Shown in pieces: positions 7,345 through 17,925 of a DNA stretch of 37,393 nt (the stretch's first letter is position 1; every line of letters begins with the position of its first letter). Both the position numbers and the translations under genes were made by a program. Source of the stretch: a virus (Duplodnaviria; Caudoviricetes); IMG/VR virus record IMGVR_UViG_3300012038_000026, positions 1 to 37,393 of that record, one strand, 5' to 3'. The notes beneath the pieces are model-generated. The model worked only from the letters and a program-made list of their open reading frames with translations. It was not told the DNA's origin and did not search any database.

Positions 7345-10300
7345 AGAACTCACGACCACCCAACAACGGAGCAAGAACTTGTCCATACTTCTTGGCGAGT
7401 TCTTGCTCCATGTATTGTATAGCGATCTGCTGTTGCTTCATGTTCGCTTGCTGCGCTTGGATCGTCTTGTTGACGCGCTCTTGTTGCACTTCAGGTGGCA
7501 AGCCACGTGTAGGCTTCAACGATGCGGCGTCCTTTGCGTAGTCACGTTGTGCCTTGCGCAGTTGACCAAGCGGACCTGTCTCCTTGCTGAAGTCAGCTAC
7601 CTCATTAGAGATTTGCAGCAGCACTCTATTAGTGACAGGATTGACGGGCGTACCACCTATCTGCACATCACGTGCGCGGCGTGCTTGGTTAGTAGGACTA
7701 AGCGACGTATCACGTGCACCCACCACGCTCCTGATGTGGTTGTTACTCTCCTGCACATACTGCCACGACGGCGTCATGACAGAGTACTTCTCTCTGCCTT
7801 GCCATAGTGGCACTACATCAGGGATGTTCTTCGTTGCATTGTTGAACGTAGTAGTAAGCGCTGCATTCAATCCCCTACCGAAGTCCATGCTCTGTCGCTG
7901 TGTCAGCACACTGCCGGGACGTATAGAGCTATCGAACTTCGCAGCATGCATCATCACTTCAATGCCTTGTGCTATGTGACTACCCATTGCACCACCGAGT
8001 GCGTTGGCTAGCAGCATCTGCGTGTTCGTAGCTTGTCCTAAGTTAGTAGCAGCTTCAGCTTGCGGACCAGCGCGGAAGTTCTGGTTGAAGCTGCGGAAGA
8101 TATTGCCACCTCTAGTATCAGCTGTCTGCGGATCGAGCTTGATACCACCCATAGCAAGCAGCGCTTGGAATGCTGGTGGCATACCCGGCATCAAGTTGTC
8201 AGCGAATGTGGGCCACACACCTTCACTCAGTGGTCGCGGTGTGATGCCACTAGGTAGTGCACCCATCGCCTGCGCCAGTGCACCTGTTGCAGCAATGATG
8301 CCTGCAAAGTCAGGAGCGATAGGCAGCTTCCAGAACATGTCACGACTAAACGGTGTGTCCCATCCTTGAATGAATATCTTAGGATGAGGTATGTCTACAT
8401 AGCGCCAGATGTCATTAGCGCTTGTCTCCTGCCACAAGTTCCTAGCACTCTCCTCATTCCATGTAGTGCGCCACCACAGCGACGTGCCTATTGCACCCAT
8501 CATCATCACCAGCCGAGGCATCACTATATGTGCAGTCTCTGGACTAGTTAAGTTGCGCAGTAGATGATACGTTCCCAACTTAGTCTGCGTCAGGTAAGGA
8601 GTGACAGCTTCAAGATCACGCATCAACTTGCTGCCAGCCACCTTAGTCATATCGCCGCCTAGATGGCGTGTCGCATTGATGAGCCTATCCATCTCAAACT
8701 GCGGTATGTTGCCTCCATAACGACGGCTAAGTATGCCGTAGTTCTGTGCATAGAACATACGCTGCGGTGCAAGGTATATCTGATTGATGACATCCTTGTA
8801 GAACCCGTACATGCTACGCATGACGCTAGGTATCTGTGCATTCATCACATCATAAGCATCGCTAGCCTTGCGCACACCTTGATGGATGCTGTGGTTGTTG
8901 ACCATGCCAGCATCACGCAGCCTGATTGAATGTAGCTCATGCGTATAGTTGGCAGCACGTGTCACACCGCGGAGCATAGCATCGTACGTTGGCTGACCAA
9001 GCGCTTGACGCAGCACGCCGAATGCACCGCTCTCAGCATGCAGGTTAGCACGTAGCCAACGGAAGCTGTTATCAGCCATGACTTCAGCGATGCCGCGTAT
9101 AGCATGCCACGGCATTTCAACGATGGCAGTAGGATCAACTATCCTGCCTAGCGTCTGGTTAGCAAAGCGCTCTGGCAGTACATGTCGCAGTGCTGTATCT
9201 ATACGACCGAATGCATAACCAACAGGCTTCGTCACCATGCCAACCACTAGATTGTACATAGCTGCCTTCGGTGCAAACGCTGGATTGCCGAAGCCAGTGG
9301 TGAAGTACTTGAACCACTTCGACATCTCACTGCCGAAGCGCACCATGCCGCTATACGTGTGTGGCTGATGACGCATGACACGTGCCATGTCTACATCACC
9401 TAGCTGCCACAAGCGGAAGCGGCCTTGATGCCACTCAATGACAGTGTCAGCCTTACGCAGTGCCTCCTTCACGAAGTCGCTAGTTTGCAACATGCTGCGA
9501 TTGTACCACTGGCGACTAGCTACATCAGTGACAGGTCGCACCTTGCCTGCAAGCTGGAAGCTAGAAGGCCCGCCATACACAGGGTCCACTGCTAGTGCAC
9601 GCACACCAGCATTGCGAGCATGTGTAAGCGATACATCAATGTCCACGTACTTGTGATAGAGCCGCAAGCTAGTCATCACATCAAGCGGGTGTGTGACACG
9701 TGTCTCAGTTCGACTAGCACCCTGTCGCACACTCCTATCGAGGCTGTGAATAGCGCTCTCATGGCCGACTACGCTAGCTGCGTTGCTATGCTCCTGTGCA
9801 TACGTGTCCTTGAATGACTCACGCAGGCCACGCCACATGCGTCTGACACCACCTAGCCCTTGCAGTGGATCGTCCATCAGCGGTATGTGATATGGATTGC
9901 GTGTGCGCCATGCAGTGTATGTCGCTTGGTCGATCTTGCCTACGTTGAGCAGCTTGCGTGCAGCGTCATCAGCAGCACGGCTGACGGCGTTCCTGATAGC
10001 AACAACGAATGGTCGCTGATCACTGGCAACCTGATTAGCTAGATGCCGCATGCGTGGCATGTCAAACTCAGGCAGCGATGTACGTGCACTAGGCACATCT
10101 TGTGCGACACGTTGGAAGTCAGCACGACGCAAGCGCAGAGTACGCTGCGCCATAGCTAGACGCATACGATTTGCGCCTTGCTGCTGTAGCCTCTGCAAGT
10201 TCTGCTGCGCACGCTGCACCTGCTCTAGCAACGAGTCATGCAGTATGTCTCGCTTCGCCACCTGCGAGTGCGCACGCAGTGCTTCAAGTACACCACGCGC

Positions 10301-11596
10301 ATTCGGTCCATTAGCACCACCGGGTGCTGCTGCTACTGCATCCTCAATAGGTCGCACAGTAGCATCGCTGCTACCACGCACGCGATCTTGTAGCACTGAT
10401 GTGAAGTTGTCAGAGAATATCTGCTCTATCTCATTGGCTTCAGCACGACCAGCTTGTAAGCTACCACCTTGATCAGCTCGATTGACATCACGCACAGCAT
10501 CGACAGTGCTAGCACCTTCATCCATCGTCTGCGTCTCGATGTGACGCTTCGCTGCTATAGGTGTGAAGATGTCATCACTATGTGCATTAGGTGTAAGCTG
10601 ACGAGGATCACCAGCACTCACGCTAGCTTGACCGGGTACTACAGGATTGGCTATCCTGCTATCAACGGGTGCCATGTTTGGCTGCTGTAGTGCTCTCGCT
10701 GCATCAGACAACTGCGCACCTTGCAGAGCATGCGTTCGTCCTCTGGTAGCAGCTATGACGGCACCCAGTGCAGCCGCTACACCTCCAGTTGCTGCTAAGG
10801 CACCAATTCCATGATCATCTGTTGCATCAGGTGTGAATGCAGTAGGCTTGCCTTGCAGTCCTCGACCAGCTTGATCAATTGCTACACCAGCAGCAGCGTT
10901 AATCGCTACATTTGTTCCAGTGTAAGGCATGGTGAGAGGTGTGAATATCTCGGCAGTGCGCAACGCACCGCGCCCGATAGCACTATTAGCAGCACGACCA
11001 ATAACAGGCACGCCAGTGACAGCAGCACGTGTTGCATTAGCCCAACCAGTAGGTCCGGGTACAAGCGCTCCACCAATCGCTTCAGCAGCACCTTCAGTCC
11101 AGCTACGCTCGCTCTCAGGTCTTTCATCACCTAGCGCTCCACGCACAACGTCTTTAGCTTTGCCAGCTAGCCAGTGCGTGCCACCCTTCTGCTGAAGTGC
11201 GAAGTCTTCATACTCCTTAGTCTTCTGGTAGTCCTGCAAACCAGCGAGTATGTCAGCTTCACTAAGCGCTGGGTTCTGTTGCTTCCATGCAGCAGCTATC
11301 TCTTGGAAGTGCTTCTGTCTATTAGCATCAGCTTCAGGTATCTCCTGCTGCTTCTGAAACTCCTCCATGAATGGAGTGCCTTGAGTATATGAGCGTATAG
11401 CAGCGCCTGCTGCGCCGGTGACAGTGGGGAATAGATTGATGAAATCAGTGGGTATAGTAGCAGCACCAGTAGCTGCTGACTTCAGGTGATCAAGAACACC
11501 ACCACCACGTATAGATGCATTGAGCTTCTCAATCCCACCCTCTTCTTCAGGATCAATGCCTGTTTCTGCAATCATCTCCTCGCGTGTGAGTGGCAT
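7265..11596 (-). CDS. Large internal virion / DNA ejection protein (1443 aa)
   Basis: Last and largest gene of the structural operon; Ala/Gly/Gln-rich and helical; position typical of podovirus ejection proteins; no catalytic motif recognised. Confidence 0.7.
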   Translation of the reverse strand: MPLTREEMIAETGIDPEEEGGIEKLNASIRGGGVLDHLKSAATGAATIPTDFINLFPTVTGAAGAAIRSYTQGTPFMEEFQKQQEIPEADANRQKHFQEIAAAWKQQNPALSEADILAGLQDYQKTKEYEDFALQQKGGTHWLAGKAKDVVRGALGDERPESERSWTEGAAEAIGGALVPGPTGWANATRAAVTGVPVIGRAANSAIGRGALRTAEIFTPLTMPYTGTNVAINAAAGVAIDQAGRGLQGKPTAFTPDATDDHGIGALAATGGVAAALGAVIAATRGRTHALQGAQLSDAARALQQPNMAPVDSRIANPVVPGQASVSAGDPRQLTPNAHSDDIFTPIAAKRHIETQTMDEGASTVDAVRDVNRADQGGSLQAGRAEANEIEQIFSDNFTSVLQDRVRGSSDATVRPIEDAVAAAPGGANGPNARGVLEALRAHSQVAKRDILHDSLLEQVQRAQQNLQRLQQQGANRMRLAMAQRTLRLRRADFQRVAQDVPSARTSLPEFDMPRMRHLANQVASDQRPFVVAIRNAVSRAADDAARKLLNVGKIDQATYTAWRTRNPYHIPLMDDPLQGLGGVRRMWRGLRESFKDTYAQEHSNAASVVGHESAIHSLDRSVRQGASRTETRVTHPLDVMTSLRLYHKYVDIDVSLTHARNAGVRALAVDPVYGGPSSFQLAGKVRPVTDVASRQWYNRSMLQTSDFVKEALRKADTVIEWHQGRFRLWQLGDVDMARVMRHQPHTYSGMVRFGSEMSKWFKYFTTGFGNPAFAPKAAMYNLVVGMVTKPVGYAFGRIDTALRHVLPERFANQTLGRIVDPTAIVEMPWHAIRGIAEVMADNSFRWLRANLHAESGAFGVLRQALGQPTYDAMLRGVTRAANYTHELHSIRLRDAGMVNNHSIHQGVRKASDAYDVMNAQIPSVMRSMYGFYKDVINQIYLAPQRMFYAQNYGILSRRYGGNIPQFEMDRLINATRHLGGDMTKVAGSKLMRDLEAVTPYLTQTKLGTYHLLRNLTSPETAHIVMPRLVMMMGAIGTSLWWRTTWNEESARNLWQETSANDIWRYVDIPHPKIFIQGWDTPFSRDMFWKLPIAPDFAGIIAATGALAQAMGALPSGITPRPLSEGVWPTFADNLMPGMPPAFQALLAMGGIKLDPQTADTRGGNIFRSFNQNFRAGPQAEAATNLGQATNTQMLLANALGGAMGSHIAQGIEVMMHAAKFDSSIRPGSVLTQRQSMDFGRGLNAALTTTFNNATKNIPDVVPLWQGREKYSVMTPSWQYVQESNNHIRSVVGARDTSLSPTNQARRARDVQIGGTPVNPVTNRVLLQISNEVADFSKETGPLGQLRKAQRDYAKDAASLKPTRGLPPEVQQERVNKTIQAQQANMKQQQIAIQYMEQELAKKYGQVLAPLLGGREFSMKTLDQLMHADAGGAPPEQAQAVAQ

Positions 11597-11597
11597 G

Positions 11598-14500
11598 TTA
11601 CTTCACCTGTTGTGCACCAGCTGGCGGGTCTTCACCGGGCTTAGTGTGCACTATGCGGCCATCAGGCAGCTTCCATGAACGGTAGCTATTCTTGTCACCA
11701 AGCGGCTTAGCACCAGCACCAGCTTTAGGTGCAGCAGGCATAGGTGGCTTAGCAGCACCAGCAGCAGGTGCAGCGGTGTCATACGGTATAGGTGTAGTAG
11801 ATGTAGTAGTCCTACCCGGCATAGGCGGTATCTCAATCTTGTCATCACTGCCAACAGGCAGACCGTTGCGGAAGCGCTCCACCTTCACAGGCTTGCCAGC
11901 TAGTGGCGCTGCTGCTGGCGATGGCTTAGCAGTTGCTGCACTTGGCTTGCTCTTGAACAAGTCAGAGATAGCGTTGTAGCCAGTGCGTGCAATCTGCACT
12001 GGCGCAGTACGTTGCAACACCTCCATCATTGTCTGCGGTGTGACGATAGGTGCTTGTGCTTCCTGTGGCTGTGCAGCAGGAGTGCCACCTTGCGGCGCAA
12101 TCGCCTGCTTGAATGTGTTGTACAACTTGTCAACAGCAGGACCAGCTTGCGACGGCTCTATAGGCACTTGCGGTGCAGCTACTTGTGGCGCAGCTTCTTC
12201 ACCACCACTCGGTGGCAGTGGTATGTCAGACACCGTACCACCTTGCACAGGTGTAGATGGCAGCGAAGGCAGCGACGGGACTTGTACACTGTCCCACTTG
12301 CCTTCCTTCTGCGAGAAGATCGCCTTAGCAAGTTCAGCAGCACGCTGTGCAGCACTCATGCCAGCTTGACCAGCACGCAGCGATGCATCAGCACTGACAC
12401 GGCCAATCTGCTCTAGCGCAGTACCAGCCTGATTGCCCATGCGTTGTGCTTGAGAACCGATAGCACTGCCGATCTTGCCGTATGGCACCTGCATGTACGG
12501 CAAGTACTGGTTGACATCACCAGCGTCTGGCAGTGGTGGTGCACTAAGCTCGGGCATTCCTCCTACATTAGCAGCATCAGTGCCGGCGTTGTATGGCTGC
12601 TTCATCGTGTTGAACAATGCATTGCGCACATCGTTCTGCATCTTGTAGCGTTCATGTGGAGGTGGCCACCCTGATAATGCAGACTTTATACGACTACCGG
12701 GTGAGATGTAGTCAGCTGGCAGTGTAGGCTCACGCGGTGCTTGCATGCCTTCAGCACGTTCACGCCTGCTGAACGGTTGTGTAGGCATAGTCAAGTTAGC
12801 ACCCGGTAGTCCGCGTGGTGGTGCGAACTCATTGCCTGCAGCAGCCGCCATGTTAGGCACTTCAAACTCATTGCCTTCTGGTGCAGCCATCACATCACCG
12901 CCGAACTCAGCGGTTTCAGGTATAGCCATGTTGGGCTGTTCGTATTCATTGCCAGCAGGCATAGCCATTGCATCAGGTGCAAACTCATTGCCTGAAGGCA
13001 TCGCCATCGGTGATGGAGCGAACTCATTCTCTTGTGGCATAGCCATCTCAGGCATCATGCCAGCTTCATCGAATGATTGTGCACCATCCTGTGGACGTGC
13101 ACGTGGCATAGGCACATCAAGCTGCGCTTCACCAGCTTCACCGAATAGACCGCTATAAGCACCCGGCTGTTGCATAGCATCAGTAGCTACAGCCTGCATG
13201 TCAGCAGGACGTGGCCTAGGCATAGGCATCTGCACTTGTGGAGGCTCTGGATAGTTAGCTTCAAACGGCAGATCATGCGGCACTGTAGTAGGATCAGGTG
13301 CATACGGCTGCTGCGGCTGCTGTATACCCGGTATACTATCAGGCCGTATACCCGGTGGCAACGCTGGTGGAGTAGGTGCAGGCATAGCTTGCGCTGCGCC
13401 CGGTGATGGCGCTTGTGGTGCTTGTGGTGTAGCTGCTACCTGCGGTGCACCCTTCGGAGTGACAGCAGCACCAGCAAAGATGTTGCCACCAGTGACATCA
13501 ACATTAGTCTCACTAGGCTTGGGCGATGGACGTGGATATTCAGTCAGCGGCTTGCGTGCTTGTGACGATGCTTCAGTAGGCTTAGCAGGTGCTTGTGCTA
13601 CTTGTGTACGCTGCGGCAACTGTCCTGCAAACTTAGGACCACCGCGTGTTTCTGATGCTTCAACATGCCACGGCTCATGGCCGAGCGGGAATTTCAGTCC
13701 GAATTGGCGCGCATTGTTATGCACCCACTGCTTAGCTGCTGGTGTGCCGTAGTGTAGATCAGTAGCGTTGCCACGACCATGTTCACTGCGGCCGGGAGGA
13801 GCGACCCACTTACGTGCAGCTTCAGGTGAGCCGTACTTGCGTACAGCGTCATTCCATAGTTGTGCTTGACGTTCAGGACTGCGATAGCCTGATATAATGC
13901 CAAGCGCTTTACGTATCTCAGGAGGCGCAGCGTCAAACATAGCTTGCAGACGTTGCTGCATCATCTGGCCTAGACCAGTGACATGTTCAGGAGGCTTGCC
14001 ACGCAAGTAGCCTGTGAGCGAACGACCTTGCATACCTGCATTAGGCACATCGGCAGGAGGACGTGGAGGCTGCTCACCACCTGCTACTTGCGGACCAGCA
14101 GGTGTAGCTTGCGACTGTTGCGTGGGCTGTCCTGACGTATCAAGCCCCTTGCCTTGCACAGCAGCAGTGCGCCACGGATGCATCCTACTATCAAGTATCT
14201 TCTGTCCTTCAGCTATAGTAGCTTCACCGTGGTAGCCGTTGTTTGTAAGCACCCTAGCGAAGTCAACAGGCTTGCCATTGGCATCCTTCAGCCCAAGCTT
14301 ATCAAGTACTTCAACCATCTTCATAGTAGGATTGATCTTCACAGCAGCGACAAGCGCTGGTCCTCCCTTCACACCGAATTGGTGTAGCCAATGCCAGTTG
14401 CGCATGTCATTGACACTGTCAGTCAGCTGCACAGCCTTGCCGCCAAGCGTAGTACGCCTGACCATCTCACTGTGATTGTGCGCCATGTTCTTAGCAGTAG

Positions 14501-15272
14501 CATGGCCCATCTTCACAAGGTCATATGCATCTTGTACAGTAAGACCGTTCTGCCGCAGTAGCTGTGGTGTCCACTGAAATGGTCCCTTCGGACCCTTGTT
14601 AGGATCAGGGTTGTCTTGATTGCGACCACCACCTGTTTCCATGCCGTAGGTCATAAGCAGCTGACCTTCAGGTATGCCGTACTGCTTTTCAGCCTTGCTC
14701 CATTCAGCAAGTACTTCAGGAGTGACACCTCTGAATATGACTTGCGGTGCAGGCTTACGCCTTGCAGCAGGCAGTGATGTAGTAGGTGTCTTAGCTGCAC
14801 CACGTGGATGCACCTTGGCATCAGCTTTGGCAGCAGCTACTTCCTCTGGGCTGGATTGTGCAAACGTGTCCATGCCAGCACCACCAACCATAGTGTTGCT
14901 GCCGCCTGATGTATTCATCGAGAAGGTGTCTGGATTGAGTATAGGCGTATCACCCATCGTGCTGCCGTCATTAGCAGGAGCGGCAGGAGCGGCAGGTGTA
15001 GCTGTGCCCATAGACCCATCATGTGCACCAGTGCTTGGCGTGTATGCAGCTTGACCTGTCCTGCTAGACGTGATCGCATCACGTCTATCCCACTCAGCAT
15101 TGCGCAGGCCGAACATCTTCAATTGCAGAGCTTCAGCACGTTCGCGATCCATGCGACGTGCCAGCAGTGTGTAGAACAACTGCGCAAGCTTGTCGTTAGC
15201 TTCAGCTTCACGCCGAGCTATAGCACCTGTCTCATCTTTGATGCTGGTAGGTATGGTGCCAGCTTGTGCCAT
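11598..15272 (-). CDS. Internal virion protein with M15 peptidase and probable lytic-transglycosylase-like domain; long Pro/Ala-rich regions
   Basis: ISGYRSPERQ...VAPPGRSEHGRGNATD...EPWHVE (peptidase M15); AEKQYGIPEGQLLMTYGMETGG...GPFQ (SLT-like catalytic Glu and G-x-x-Q). Confidence 0.75.
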   Translation of the reverse strand: MAQAGTIPTSIKDETGAIARREAEANDKLAQLFYTLLARRMDRERAEALQLKMFGLRNAEWDRRDAITSSRTGQAAYTPSTGAHDGSMGTATPAAPAAPANDGSTMGDTPILNPDTFSMNTSGGSNTMVGGAGMDTFAQSSPEEVAAAKADAKVHPRGAAKTPTTSLPAARRKPAPQVIFRGVTPEVLAEWSKAEKQYGIPEGQLLMTYGMETGGGRNQDNPDPNKGPKGPFQWTPQLLRQNGLTVQDAYDLVKMGHATAKNMAHNHSEMVRRTTLGGKAVQLTDSVNDMRNWHWLHQFGVKGGPALVAAVKINPTMKMVEVLDKLGLKDANGKPVDFARVLTNNGYHGEATIAEGQKILDSRMHPWRTAAVQGKGLDTSGQPTQQSQATPAGPQVAGGEQPPRPPADVPNAGMQGRSLTGYLRGKPPEHVTGLGQMMQQRLQAMFDAAPPEIRKALGIISGYRSPERQAQLWNDAVRKYGSPEAARKWVAPPGRSEHGRGNATDLHYGTPAAKQWVHNNARQFGLKFPLGHEPWHVEASETRGGPKFAGQLPQRTQVAQAPAKPTEASSQARKPLTEYPRPSPKPSETNVDVTGGNIFAGAAVTPKGAPQVAATPQAPQAPSPGAAQAMPAPTPPALPPGIRPDSIPGIQQPQQPYAPDPTTVPHDLPFEANYPEPPQVQMPMPRPRPADMQAVATDAMQQPGAYSGLFGEAGEAQLDVPMPRARPQDGAQSFDEAGMMPEMAMPQENEFAPSPMAMPSGNEFAPDAMAMPAGNEYEQPNMAIPETAEFGGDVMAAPEGNEFEVPNMAAAAGNEFAPPRGLPGANLTMPTQPFSRRERAEGMQAPREPTLPADYISPGSRIKSALSGWPPPHERYKMQNDVRNALFNTMKQPYNAGTDAANVGGMPELSAPPLPDAGDVNQYLPYMQVPYGKIGSAIGSQAQRMGNQAGTALEQIGRVSADASLRAGQAGMSAAQRAAELAKAIFSQKEGKWDSVQVPSLPSLPSTPVQGGTVSDIPLPPSGGEEAAPQVAAPQVPIEPSQAGPAVDKLYNTFKQAIAPQGGTPAAQPQEAQAPIVTPQTMMEVLQRTAPVQIARTGYNAISDLFKSKPSAATAKPSPAAAPLAGKPVKVERFRNGLPVGSDDKIEIPPMPGRTTTSTTPIPYDTAAPAAGAAKPPMPAAPKAGAGAKPLGDKNSYRSWKLPDGRIVHTKPGEDPPAGAQQVK
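12821..13047 (-). repeat. About six tandem 39-bp (13-aa) coding repeats, consensus MAMPxGNEFxPxx
   Basis: MAMPQENEFAPSP/MAMPSGNEFAPDA/MAMPAGNEYEQPN/MAIPETAEFGGDV/MAAPEGNEFEVPN/MAAAAGNEFAPPR. Confidence 0.85.
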
Positions 15273-15276
15273 TGTG

Positions 15277-16305
15277 CTACCCTAAGTTCTCACCTTGTCG
15301 ATAGTAGCTGTTGCTGCCACCACCACTGCTAGAACCACTGAAGCCACCTACGCCGCCACCGCCGTTGTATGCGTTCTTAGCACCTGCCATCCTGAATGCA
15401 CTAGCAAGCGCAGAGCCAGCACCAGCAACAGCGTTGCCGTAGCCTAAGTTAGGCTGTACGTAGTCAAGCGTGCCACCCTTTGCACCGTAGCGCTCAGTAG
15501 CGAGTGCACCTGTAGTCAGGTCACCCTTTGTAGCACTCTCAAGTTGGCTAGAGTTGTCGATGTTCTGTGGCTTGTAGCTGACATCAGGCAGTGCAGCAGC
15601 GCGAGTGGCGAACATGTTGTACAAGTTGGCAAGCTGATTACGTCTAGAGTCAACTTCCTTCTGACCAGTGCCACGTGCCATCAGCTTCGCTTGCAGTGCT
15701 GCCTTGCGATAGCTCTCATCGTTGGCATTGCGCATTGCTTCAGCTATGCGAGGGAAGTTAGAGTTATTCCTAGTACGGAAGCCTCGTGTGTATGCACCAG
15801 TCTCAGCAGCTGCAGCGCTCTCACGAATAGCGTCAGTCTGCGCACGCATCAACTGCGCTTCAAATGCACGATCACTGCGCGCTGGGCCTGTGTTTATGAG
15901 CTGACGCTTGAATGTGTCAGCTATGCCTTCTTCTTCTAAGCTACGAGCGTAGTTGCGCTCCATAGCCTTACGACGCATTGGCAAGTCTTGAGTGAGCACC
16001 TTGCGCTGCTCAGCGTCTTGGAGCTTCATCATCTCCAAGACTTCGGGTGAGCCAGTAGTGACCCACCCCTTGCCCGGTACGAAGCGTACACTAGTGCCGC
16101 GTATATCAGTGCTACCAAGCTTCTGTTCACGTCGCAGCTTGTTAGCCATAGCAATAGCTTCAGCACGCTCACGCTCGCGTTGCTGATAGTTCATGACGTT
16201 GACAGCCCAATTCATGCGGTTGGCGTCTTCTTGCGCCTCCGCTTGTAGGATGCCACCGTATAGAGACGCGCCAGCGCCTAGTACGCCGCCTAACATCTCA
16301 ATCAT
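15277..16305 (-). CDS. DNA ejection/pilot protein (P22 gp7-like N-terminus)
   Basis: Gly/Ala hydrophobic N-terminus MLGGVLGAGASLYGG followed by coiled coil; TAAGGAG RBS; position among ejection genes. Confidence 0.65.
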   Translation of the reverse strand: MIEMLGGVLGAGASLYGGILQAEAQEDANRMNWAVNVMNYQQRERERAEAIAMANKLRREQKLGSTDIRGTSVRFVPGKGWVTTGSPEVLEMMKLQDAEQRKVLTQDLPMRRKAMERNYARSLEEEGIADTFKRQLINTGPARSDRAFEAQLMRAQTDAIRESAAAAETGAYTRGFRTRNNSNFPRIAEAMRNANDESYRKAALQAKLMARGTGQKEVDSRRNQLANLYNMFATRAAALPDVSYKPQNIDNSSQLESATKGDLTTGALATERYGAKGGTLDYVQPNLGYGNAVAGAGSALASAFRMAGAKNAYNGGGGVGGFSGSSSGGGSNSYYRQGENLG

Positions 16306-16316
16306 GCGCGTACTCC

Positions 16317-17435
16317 TTAGAAGATACCCTCATTCGCGCGTGTGTTCTCGCTGTTGCGCTTGGCTTCATTCTCGAACGTGTCGTACAGCGATGTAGTACC
16401 TGTCGTACCAGTGCCCGGTGTCGATGCATTGCCAACACGTGACGCCGCCTTGCCGAGCAGTGAGTTGACATCAAAGAACTCACGACCACCGACTGCACCG
16501 CGGATGTCACCTTCAAGGCTTTGTTGACGTTCGCTGGCGTAGTCACGAATACGACCAGCTTCACGACCCGGATCGTAGGTGCCACCGAAGTCCCACGCAG
16601 CCGCTTGATCGAGTGAACCTTGACGGCGCGTGTTGATGTCACCTGTGATGTCTTCAAGCACGCCACGACCGATGCCTTGTAGATCGGTGTTAGCAGTAGC
16701 GCGGCCTGTTTGTAGATCACGCAGTGCACGATCATACACTACGTTGCTAGCTTGACCACGATCACGTGCAGCAGTCAGGTCAGACATAGCGTCATTGTAC
16801 TGCTGATCGAGGATGCTATTGAGAATGGCGTCGTCAGATGTGCCACTGAATGTGGTTTCAGCATAGTAGGGGTCGATCTGACTACCGAACTGCTGCGAGT
16901 ACTTGTTGCGCTGACCAGTGCGTGCAGAGCCAAGTATCTCATCTAGAATAGTAGAGTTGAATGCACCGCTGTAATCACCGCCGGTTTGCAGTGCAGAGTT
17001 CGCGTTGTTGATACGACCTGTGAACTGGTCATACACACCGTATGGATCACCTGCTTCGATGCCCATAGAACGCAGCCTGCTAGTGCCAGTAGACAGCGCG
17101 CCTGTATATGCAGCGTTCTTACCACTCGTCCAAGCAGCGTCAGCTACGCGCTTCTCTTCGTCACGTATAGCCTTCTCACGATCAGCGCGGCGCTGTTCAC
17201 GCTCAAACTCTTGAGCAGCTTCCCACTCGCGAGCTTGTGCTTGCTCTTGTGGCGATGGTTGCGGAGGTGGAACATAACCACCACCACCTTTAGTCTCAAG
17301 CGCAGGAGTTTCAGCCTTCTTCTTGCGCTTCTTAGCAGTAACAGTAGTAAGCTGTGTGGCAACCACGGCCACACGCGGCTCTTCATTTGACTTGCGCTTC
17401 GTCTGCGCCCAATGTGCGATGTGTGCCGGGATCAT
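16317..17435 (-). CDS. Putative internal virion protein (372 aa)
   Basis: KGGGG..PPPQP motif followed by a helical region, typical of the first ejection protein after the GNAT gene; exact start uncertain. Confidence 0.65.
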   Translation of the reverse strand: MIPAHIAHWAQTKRKSNEEPRVAVVATQLTTVTAKKRKKKAETPALETKGGGGYVPPPQPSPQEQAQAREWEAAQEFEREQRRADREKAIRDEEKRVADAAWTSGKNAAYTGALSTGTSRLRSMGIEAGDPYGVYDQFTGRINNANSALQTGGDYSGAFNSTILDEILGSARTGQRNKYSQQFGSQIDPYYAETTFSGTSDDAILNSILDQQYNDAMSDLTAARDRGQASNVVYDRALRDLQTGRATANTDLQGIGRGVLEDITGDINTRRQGSLDQAAAWDFGGTYDPGREAGRIRDYASERQQSLEGDIRGAVGGREFFDVNSLLGKAASRVGNASTPGTGTTGTTSLYDTFENEAKRNSENTRANEGIF

Positions 17436-17925
17436 GTGTCTCGTCCTGTTTGATGTTGGTCACCTTCACAGCGATATAGCCCTGCTTATTATAACCTAAG
17501 AAACCGAGGAACTTAAACACGCGCTCTGTAACGGATGGATCGCTATCATGCTCAACTTGAGTATAGATACGTTCGCAATGACGTTTAATAGCCCACTCTT
17601 CATATGCCATAATGAGTGCGCTAGCAGCTTGACCTGTACGATACTGCGGTACTACGTACCACATCTGCTGCACGGCGTAGTGACGAAAGCTGTAGAAGCT
17701 GCGCTCGATGGTAGCTGCTAGATAGCCAACAGCTTCACCTTTGGAGTTGTACGCTATCCAACAGTTTACTTGCTCACGCTGCTTATCGAGCGTGAAGTTG
17801 AAGCATGTAGCAGCTACTGCTGCACTACTAAACTCACGCACACCACCGAACTCGACGTGATGCAGCTGCGCCAACATCTCGATGTCAACGCCGTGCGTCG
17901 GTGTTTGTAGCTCTTCTATATGCAT
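17383..17925 (-). CDS. GNAT-family acetyltransferase-like protein
   Basis: GEAVGYL...WYVVPQYRTGQAASALIMAYEEWA...FLGFLGY; start set at ATG 17925 overlapping the upstream TGA. Confidence 0.8.
   Translation of the reverse strand: MHIEELQTPTHGVDIEMLAQLHHVEFGGVREFSSAAVAATCFNFTLDKQREQVNCWIAYNSKGEAVGYLAATIERSFYSFRHYAVQQMWYVVPQYRTGQAASALIMAYEEWAIKRHCERIYTQVEHDSDPSVTERVFKFLGFLGYNKQGYIAVKVTNIKQDETHDPGTHRTLGADEAQVK

Noticed and set aside
13321-13337. TGTATACCCGGTATACT as a ninth palindrome copy
   Set aside because: Two mismatches in the core, and explainable by the repeated Pro-Gly-Ile coding sequence.
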